A DNA stretch of 64,000 nt from an uncultured Gemmatimonadota bacterium (GTDB lineage Bacteria; JAAXHH01): the NCBI GenBank assembly GCA_951812955.1, contig OX638340.1, forward strand, positions 2,016,001-2,080,000, written 5' to 3'. A program made the position numbers and the translations under genes. Positions 58,422-64,000 of this stretch are shown piece by piece. The notes beneath the pieces are model-generated. The model was not told the DNA's origin and searched no databases. It was given only the letters and a program-made list of their open reading frames with translations. Within the stretch, counting starts at the first letter, position 1; each line of letters opens with the position of its first letter.

Positions 58422-58505
58422 GCCGGAGTGGTGGAATTGGTAGACGCGAGGGACTCAAAATCCCTTGACCGCAAGGTCGTGTCGGTTCGAGTCCGACCTC
58501 CGGCA
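58422..58505 (+). tRNA. tRNA-Leu (anticodon CAA), long variable arm
   Basis: Acceptor GCCGGAG/CTCCGGC, anticodon stem AGGGA/TCCCT, loop CTCAAAA, 15-nt variable arm, T-arm GTCGG TTCGAGT CCGAC. Confidence 0.8.
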
Positions 58506-58596
58506 TCCCGATCCGTCGCCGGACGGGTCCTACCGGGCACGGTAGCATCCCGAATGCGGCACGACCGCCGGTTACCACGCGGATTCCGCTTTTCAG

Positions 58597-58656
58597 CAGG
58601 CCCGGCACGCCCGACAGGCCCGGCAGGCCCGGCACGCCCGGTAGGCCCGGCACGCC
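58597..58656. repeat. Intergenic GC-rich microsatellite (9/18-nt unit AGGCCCGGC[ACGCCCGNN]) x about 3.5
   Basis: Direct tandem repeats AGGCCCGGCACGCCCGAC / AGGCCCGGC / AGGCCCGGCACGCCCGGT / AGGCCCGGCACGCC, between the tRNA cluster and the peptidase gene. Confidence 0.7.
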
Positions 58657-58702
58657 TTCAGCGCCATTGCATTGTCCCTCAACAAGAAAGCAGGTTGAAG
58701 CG

Positions 58703-59818
58703 ATGTTTGATCCGGTCCAGGTCACCAGGGAACTGATCGCATTCAATTCGATCAGCGCCAACAGCAACGCGGCCGTTTCCGATTACCTGCAGGAGCAACT
58801 TGCCCGGGCGGGTTTCACGATCGAGCGCATCACCTACCAGGACGCCGGCGGCGTGGAGAAGGTCAATCTCGTCGGCCGCAAGGGCGAGGGGAAGGGCGGG
58901 CTGGCGTTGCTGGGCCATTCCGACACCGTCCCGGTGGACGGCTGGGAATCGGATCCCTTCGCGGCGGAGATCAGGGACAACCGGATATACGGCCGCGGGA
59001 GCTGCGACATGAAAGGCGCGCTGGCCACCATGCTAGCGGCTGGGGCGTCCTTCGAGCCGTCGGACCTTTCCGCACCGGTATATCTCGTGTTCACGGCCGA
59101 CGAGGAAGTCGGATGCTGGGGCGCGGCAGAAGTCAGCGAACGGTCCGAACTCCTGTCGGATAACGGCCTTCGCTACGGGATCATCTGCGAACCCACGCGC
59201 ATGGAAGTGGTGCGCGCGCACAAGGGCGCCATTTTCATCCGGGGGGAGACCAAAGGCCGGGCGGCCCACAGCAGCACCGGCAGAGGCGTCAACGCCCATC
59301 TCGCCATGATCCCATTTCTTTCGGAGATGAAGGCCATCCACGACGAGTTGCGATTGGATCCCGTCCACCTGAACGACGAATTCGATCCGCCCTTCTCCGA
59401 CTGGAACATCGGGATCAACGACGGCGGGATCGCCCTGAACATGACGGCGCCCGGCAGCGTATGTACGGTCTACTACCGGCCCATGCCCGGACAGGACCAG
59501 GAAGCCATCCTGGACCGCACGCGGCGGGCGGCCGAGGAAAACGGCGTGGAACTGACGATCCAGAAGATCGGGGATCCCTTCAGTACGTCCGAGGACTCGG
59601 AACTGGTCCGGACGGCCCTGCGGATCACGGATACGGATCGGGCCCATACGGTACCCTACGGCACCGATGGCCTGGTCTTCGGCAGGAAGATGGAGCTGAT
59701 CCTGCTGGGGCCGGGGGACATCAGCCAGGCTCATACGGTGGACGAGTGGATGGACCTGGACCAGTTCGACCTGGCCATCGACGCGTACAAGGCCATGATC
59801 CGCGCGTTCTGCGTGTGA
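58703..59818 (+). CDS. M20-family metallopeptidase (ArgE/DapE-like deacylase)
   Basis: Motifs LLGHSDTVPV and GRGSCDMKG, with a dimerisation domain. About 372 aa. Confidence 0.8.
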   Translation: MFDPVQVTRELIAFNSISANSNAAVSDYLQEQLARAGFTIERITYQDAGGVEKVNLVGRKGEGKGGLALLGHSDTVPVDGWESDPFAAEIRDNRIYGRGSCDMKGALATMLAAGASFEPSDLSAPVYLVFTADEEVGCWGAAEVSERSELLSDNGLRYGIICEPTRMEVVRAHKGAIFIRGETKGRAAHSSTGRGVNAHLAMIPFLSEMKAIHDELRLDPVHLNDEFDPPFSDWNIGINDGGIALNMTAPGSVCTVYYRPMPGQDQEAILDRTRRAAEENGVELTIQKIGDPFSTSEDSELVRTALRITDTDRAHTVPYGTDGLVFGRKMELILLGPGDISQAHTVDEWMDLDQFDLAIDAYKAMIRAFCV

Positions 59819-59859
59819 TGGACTTTGACCGATAATTGCGATATGGTTGATATGGCATC

Positions 59860-60123
59860 ATGAAGACGACGCTCAACATCCAGGACGAATTGCTGGCGCG
59901 TGCCAAGCGACACGCGCAGCGGACCGGACGGCCGCTACGCGCCGTGGTAGAAGAGGGTCTGCGCGAAGAGGGTCTGCGCAAGGTGCTCTCAACCGAATCC
60001 CCCCATGATCGCTATATTCTGCCCGACCACAGCGTGGGCGAAGCCGGGGGAAGAGACCCCCTGGAGGCGTACTCCTGGCAGGACCTCCGGGAAGTGATCT
60101 ACGGAGAGCCTCACCTCCCGTGA
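59860..60123 (+). CDS. VapB-like type II antitoxin (no cognate toxin adjacent)
   Basis: N-terminus MKTTLNIQDELLARAKRHAQRTGRPLRAVVEEGL matches the conserved VapB/DUF2191-type antitoxin N-terminus. The downstream gene is ychF, not a PIN toxin. Confidence 0.55.
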   Translation: MKTTLNIQDELLARAKRHAQRTGRPLRAVVEEGLREEGLRKVLSTESPHDRYILPDHSVGEAGGRDPLEAYSWQDLREVIYGEPHLP

Positions 60124-60150
60124 TTGCTGCGACGCAAGGAGGACACTGAA

Positions 60151-61224
60151 TTGCAGATCGGCCTCGTCGGCCTGCCCGGTTCCGGGAAAACCACGTTGTT
60201 CAACGCGCTGGTGCGAGCCAACGCCGAAACCGGGGCGTTCACGGGCAAAAACAAGGCCAACCGGGGGACGATAAAGGTTCCGGATCAACGGGTTACCCGA
60301 CTTTCGAGCCTCTTCAACCCCCTCAAGACCACCTTCGCCACCGTGGAATACCTCGATATCGGCGGTATAACCGCGGGATCCGGAAAACAAGAGGAGCAGC
60401 AGGGCGACGGAGGATTGAACGACCTGCGCAACATGGACGTGCTGGTGCATGTCCTCCGCGGGTTTCCCGACCTCTCCAATACGCCCGTTACCCCCCGCGA
60501 GGATTTCGAAACGGTGGAGCTCGAACTCGCCATCGCCGATCTCGAGATCATCGAGCGCCGGCTGGGGCGCCTATCCAAGGAAGCCCGGTCCACCAAGAGA
60601 CCGGAACTGGTGCGTGAATGGCAACTGCTTGAACAGTGCAAGGAGGAAATCGAGGGCGGCGGAGTCATCCGGAACCTCGAATTCGTTCCGGAAGATGAAA
60701 AAAGGCTGAGGGGCTATCGTTTTCTGTCCCAGAAACCCGTTCTGCTGGTGCTGAATATCCCCGAGGATAACCTGGGCCGGGAGGTGCAGGACGTGGAAGC
60801 ACTTCGCGATTACACCGACTGCAAGGACGTACTGGTCCTCTCCGCCAGGGTCGAAATGGAGATCGCCCAGCTCGACGAAGAGGATGCCGGCGCCTTCCTG
60901 GAAGACCTGGGCATTGGCGAATCCGCCCTGGACCGAATGATTATCGCCTCGTACGGGCTGCTGAACCTGATCTCCTTTTTCACGGTGGGCGAAGACGAGG
61001 TAAAGGCCTGGACCGTCACGAGAGGCGTCACGGCGCCCAAAGCGGCCGGGGCGATCCACTCCGACCTTGAACGGGGGTTCATCCGGGCCGAGACGCTGGA
61101 ATGTCAGACGCTGATCGATCTCGGCGGATTGCAGGCCGCGAAAGAGCAAGGTGCGCTGCGCGTGGAAGGCAAGCAATATGTCGTCCAGGACGGCGATGTG
61201 ATTAACGTGAGATTCAGTGTTTGA
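60151..61224 (+). CDS. ychF: Redox-regulated ATPase YchF (Obg-family GTPase, OLA1)
   Basis: G1 motif GLVGLPGSGKTTLFNAL and a C-terminal TGS domain. TTG start with GGAGGA 7 nt upstream. Confidence 0.85.
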   Translation: MQIGLVGLPGSGKTTLFNALVRANAETGAFTGKNKANRGTIKVPDQRVTRLSSLFNPLKTTFATVEYLDIGGITAGSGKQEEQQGDGGLNDLRNMDVLVHVLRGFPDLSNTPVTPREDFETVELELAIADLEIIERRLGRLSKEARSTKRPELVREWQLLEQCKEEIEGGGVIRNLEFVPEDEKRLRGYRFLSQKPVLLVLNIPEDNLGREVQDVEALRDYTDCKDVLVLSARVEMEIAQLDEEDAGAFLEDLGIGESALDRMIIASYGLLNLISFFTVGEDEVKAWTVTRGVTAPKAAGAIHSDLERGFIRAETLECQTLIDLGGLQAAKEQGALRVEGKQYVVQDGDVINVRFSV

Positions 61225-61349
61225 TCGCGCCGGAATCATGCGTTGAAGATTTCGCTTGTCAACCAGTAAGCCAGGTCGATATCATAGAATACCCGTTCTG
61301 CCCGTGACTACCGGGACTAATTCCATCACCTGAAAATGGATCGAGGATA

Positions 61350-61925
61350 ATGAAAATCCGAACCCGCTTCGTGATCGCGCTGATCCTGGCCGGGGCCCTG
61401 TCGTGGGCTTCGCAGGCCGGCGCCCAGGTCGGTACCAGCGCCAGTTTCAATCCGGAGCCGCTCACCCTCGTAGATTTCAAGAAGGCATTCAACGGCGATA
61501 CGGGCAAGGTTCGCCTCGTCCTGATGTTCTCTCCTACGTGAGGCCACTGCATAAGCGGCGCCGGGGTGGCGCAGCAGGACATACTGAAACGGTATTCTTC
61601 CGACGACCTCCGGGTCTACGTGGTTTGGCAGCGCATACTTGCTGGAGATTCGGTTAATACGGCGCGGATGGCGGCGCGTCAGGTGTTCAGCGACAAACGG
61701 GTCAGCCAGATGTGGGACCCCGCCCACGCGCTGGGGTTATGGTATAAGCAGTCGGGTGACCTGGAGCACAAGGATCCCATGGTATGGGACGCTTACTTCC
61801 TCTACGGCGCGGATTCCGAATGGAAGGACGCGCCTACCGGGCTGATCGACGCCGGTACCACGGTGTGGAACCTGAGAGAACAGCTTTTGAAATCGGTTGG
61901 ATCTACGATGGAGTCCGGAGACTGA
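61350..61925 (+). CDS. Candidate secreted thioredoxin-fold (TlpA-like) selenoprotein; in-frame TGA at 61539-61541 would encode Sec in a U-G-H-C motif
   Basis: Two same-frame ORFs (61350-61541 and 61566-61925) are separated only by TGA. Read through, they give a signal peptide plus GKVRLVLMFSPT-U-GHC, aligning with the TlpA/thioredoxin pattern GKVVLVNFWASWCGPC. A GC hairpin with a GGGGU apical loop begins about 13 nt after the TGA, in the position of a bacterial SECIS. Confidence 0.45.
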
Positions 61926-63365
61926 TCATCCTTCCAGGCTGAGGAGGAAGGGTTCCTCGAATGCCTGGACCAGCCATTGCATGAAGCGGGCGCCGTCCGC
62001 GCCGTCTATGAGCCGGTGATCATAAGAGATCATCAACGGCAGCATGAGGCGGGGCTGAAACGCGCCGTCGATGTAAACCTGTTCCATGCGGCTGCGGGCG
62101 AGGCCGAGGATGGCCACGTCCGGCGCATTCACGATCGGTGCGAAGAAGGTTCCGCCGAACCCACCCAGGTTCGAGATCGTGAAAGTACTTCCCTGCATGT
62201 CGTCCGGCGAAAGCTTCCTGTCCCGCGCCCGGCCGGCGATCTCCGCCAACTCGATGGACAGCTCGATCATGTTCTTCCGGTCGACGTCCCGAATTACCGG
62301 CACGACCAGGCCGCGGTCCGTATCCACCGCCACACCCACGTGGTAGTATTTCTTGTAGACGATTTCGTGGCTTGCCATGTCGACGCTGGCGTTGAACCGT
62401 GGGAACCGCTTTAGCGCCGCGGCCACGATCTTCAGGGCGATTGCCGTCATGGTCAGTTTGCCGCCTGCGGCTTCGGCCGCGGGGCCGAACTGTTTGCGCA
62501 GGGCTTCCATATCGGTGACATCGGCCTTGTCCCCGTAGGTGACGTGGGGGATATTCGTCCACGCGGCGGACAGGTGCTCCGCGGCGGCCCGGCGCAGGTT
62601 GCTCATCGGCTCGGTTTCTACCGGGCCCCATTTGGAGAAGTCCGGCAGAGGCGCCGAAGGAGCGGGACCGGAAGTCGCCCCCCGGCCGGCGCTCAATTGC
62701 CTGGAATGTGATTTGACGTCTTCGACGGATATCCGGCCGGCGGGACCGGTCCCCGGTACCTGGCCGACGTCGAGCCCGATCTCCCGGGCAAAGCGGCGAA
62801 CGGAAGGCGCCGCTGGTACAGGCGCGCCTGAAGAGACGGCCGGAGCGGGCGGTATTGTCGGCGATGTCGGTGTCGGCGGCGTCGGTTCCTCCGCGGGACC
62901 AGTTTTCGCGGCAGGTGGTGCGCCGGTCTCCGGTGGTGCCTGTGTGGATGAATCCGCCTCTCCGCCGGCGTCCGCCTTGCCATCTCCTACAGTAGAGGAA
63001 GGCTCACCGGCAACTGTCTCCGAGGCCTTGGCAGCGGGCGCATCGGCAACCGTCTCCGGGGCCTCGGCAACAGGAGCTTCGGCCTCCGCCTGTCCGTCCG
63101 TTTCCGTTCCGGCGGCGGTCTCACTCCCCGCATCTTCGTACATGAGCACCGGAGCGCCCACGTCGGCCGTTGCGCCGTTCTCCACGAGGATTTCCGTGAC
63201 CACGCCGCTGAATCCCGACGGAACCTCGAGGTTGGCCTTGTCGGTCTCGATCTCCAGGACGGGCTGGTTTTCTTCGACTTTATCCCCGACCTCGACCAGG
63301 ATGCCGACTACGGTCCCGGCGTCTATGTTCTCGCCGAGGGCTGGAAGATTGAAAGGCATCGCCAT
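61926..63365 (-). CDS. Dihydrolipoamide acetyltransferase (E2 component of pyruvate/2-oxoacid dehydrogenase complex)
   Basis: N-terminal lipoyl domain (IETDKANLEVPS), Ala/Pro-rich linker, E3-binding domain, C-terminal catalytic domain with DHRLIDGA. Confidence 0.85.
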   Translation of the reverse strand: MAMPFNLPALGENIDAGTVVGILVEVGDKVEENQPVLEIETDKANLEVPSGFSGVVTEILVENGATADVGAPVLMYEDAGSETAAGTETDGQAEAEAPVAEAPETVADAPAAKASETVAGEPSSTVGDGKADAGGEADSSTQAPPETGAPPAAKTGPAEEPTPPTPTSPTIPPAPAVSSGAPVPAAPSVRRFAREIGLDVGQVPGTGPAGRISVEDVKSHSRQLSAGRGATSGPAPSAPLPDFSKWGPVETEPMSNLRRAAAEHLSAAWTNIPHVTYGDKADVTDMEALRKQFGPAAEAAGGKLTMTAIALKIVAAALKRFPRFNASVDMASHEIVYKKYYHVGVAVDTDRGLVVPVIRDVDRKNMIELSIELAEIAGRARDRKLSPDDMQGSTFTISNLGGFGGTFFAPIVNAPDVAILGLARSRMEQVYIDGAFQPRLMLPLMISYDHRLIDGADGARFMQWLVQAFEEPFLLSLEG

Positions 63366-63384
63366 GGGTCTTGCTTCTCCGAAA

Positions 63385-64000
63385 TTACAGCATGAGCGGA
63401 TTCGGCTTGTCTGCGTCGATCTCCAGGTCGGCCATTGCCTGTTTCAACTTTGACGCAGGCAACTTTCCGTCACGCATCAGTCCATAGAGCGCCGATAGCG
63501 TGATATAACGGGCGTCCACCTCGAAGAAATCGCGCAGGGCTCCGCGGCTGTCGCTGCGACCGAAACCGTCGGCTCCGAGCGTGATCAAATGGCCCGGGAA
63601 CCAGGCGGACACGGTGTCCGGAAGCGCCTTCACGTAGTCGCAGGCCGCCACGTAGGGACCCGGGACATCGGCCACGCAGGAGGTCACGTAGGGTACGCGC
63701 GGCGTTTCCTCGGGATGCATGATATTCCATCGTTCCACGTCCACCGCTTCGTTGTGCAGGGCTTTGTAACTGGTGATGCTCCACACGTCCGCGGCCACGC
63801 CGTACTGTTCTTCCAGGATTCGGCCGGCCTTCAATACCTCGTTCAGTATAGCACCGCTGCCAAAGAGCTGGACGCGCAGTTCGCCGTCCTGCTTCTCAGA
63901 TTTGCGGAACAGGTACATCCCCTTCAGGATGCCCTCCCGGGTGGCTTCGGGGTCACCGGGCATGGGCGGCATGGCGTAGTTCTCGTTGTGCACGGTCAGG
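63385..64000 (-). CDS. aceE: Pyruvate dehydrogenase E1 component (AceE type), C-terminal part; gene continues beyond window
   Basis: C-terminal about 200 aa resemble E. coli AceE from memory (NENYAMPPMPGDPEA..., LLGSGAIL, ERWNIMHPEETPRVPYV, GADGFGRSDSRGALRDFFEVDA). The 5' end lies outside the window. Confidence 0.8.
   Translation of the reverse strand, partial: LTVHNENYAMPPMPGDPEATREGILKGMYLFRKSEKQDGELRVQLFGSGAILNEVLKAGRILEEQYGVAADVWSITSYKALHNEAVDVERWNIMHPEETPRVPYVTSCVADVPGPYVAACDYVKALPDTVSAWFPGHLITLGADGFGRSDSRGALRDFFEVDARYITLSALYGLMRDGKLPASKLKQAMADLEIDADKPNPLML

Noticed and set aside
58309-58767. ORF encoding a collagen-like PGLPGVPGLPGLSGVPGL segment
   Set aside because: It runs antisense across the three tRNA genes and the GC-rich microsatellite. 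The Gly-X-Pro periodicity is a by-product of the AGGCCCGGC repeat, not a real collagen-like gene.
61539-61541. Alternative genetic code (UGA=Trp or Gly) as explanation for the in-frame TGA
   Set aside because: Many well-supported genes in this window terminate with TGA (for example the rmlD-like, gmhA, thpR and recX genes), so TGA is a functional stop here. Trp or Gly at that position would also destroy the CxxC-type motif, whereas Sec or Cys restores it.

Overview
High-GC (~65%) bacterial chromosomal segment, densely coding and mostly housekeeping. No CRISPR arrays, transposases, integrases or recognisable defence genes are visible.

Content from 5' to 3':
- Partial SulP/STAS transporter C-terminus, a family-5 ABC solute-binding protein and an SDR oxidoreductase.
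- Minus-strand ribose-type sugar ABC importer (permease, binding protein, tandem-NBD ATPase).
- Minus-strand cell-envelope cluster: DUF502 membrane protein, a fused CdaA-CdaR (diadenylate cyclase plus YbbR domains), D-Ala-D-Ala carboxypeptidase and a DUF4159 protein.
- FbpABC-like ABC importer, a CorA-like protein and an APC-family amino-acid permease.
- tRNA(CAT) with a consensus sigma70 promoter and terminator, immediately followed by the conserved block tilS-hpt-ftsH-folP, then RNase Z.
- Persulfide dioxygenase-rhodanese fusion.
- Dpp/Opp-like binding protein and two permeases with no ATPase gene, and a DUF368 membrane protein sitting between the permeases.
- Plus-strand sugar-acid locus: enolase-superfamily dehydratase, cupin, KDPG aldolase, GalU-like nucleotidyltransferase, glucuronokinase-like GHMP kinase, LarA-family racemase/epimerase and a gamma-carbonic-anhydrase-like protein.
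- tRNA-Arg(ACG), tadA, tRNA-Ser(CGA); a PQQ-dependent dehydrogenase on the minus strand with an AT-rich spacer; tRNA-Ser(GGA), tRNA-Ala(CGC).
- Long (Bacillus-type, Alu-domain-containing) SRP RNA, then dnaX-ybaB-recR, pgsA-pgpA-cinA-thpR-recX-alaS.
- rmlD-like reductase, HddA-like heptose kinase, gmhA, ispE, prs, rplY, pth, rpsF, rpsR, rplI.
- tRNA-Val, tRNA-Asp, tRNA-Leu; M20 peptidase; orphan VapB-like antitoxin; ychF.
- A TlpA/thioredoxin-like gene interrupted by one in-frame TGA.
- Pyruvate-dehydrogenase E2 and partial E1.

Most notable candidates:
- A putative periplasmic selenoprotein with a U-G-H-C motif and a SECIS-like hairpin.
- The LarA-family/uronate-aldonate gene cluster.
- tRNA genes sitting directly beside their cognate modification enzymes (tilS, tadA).
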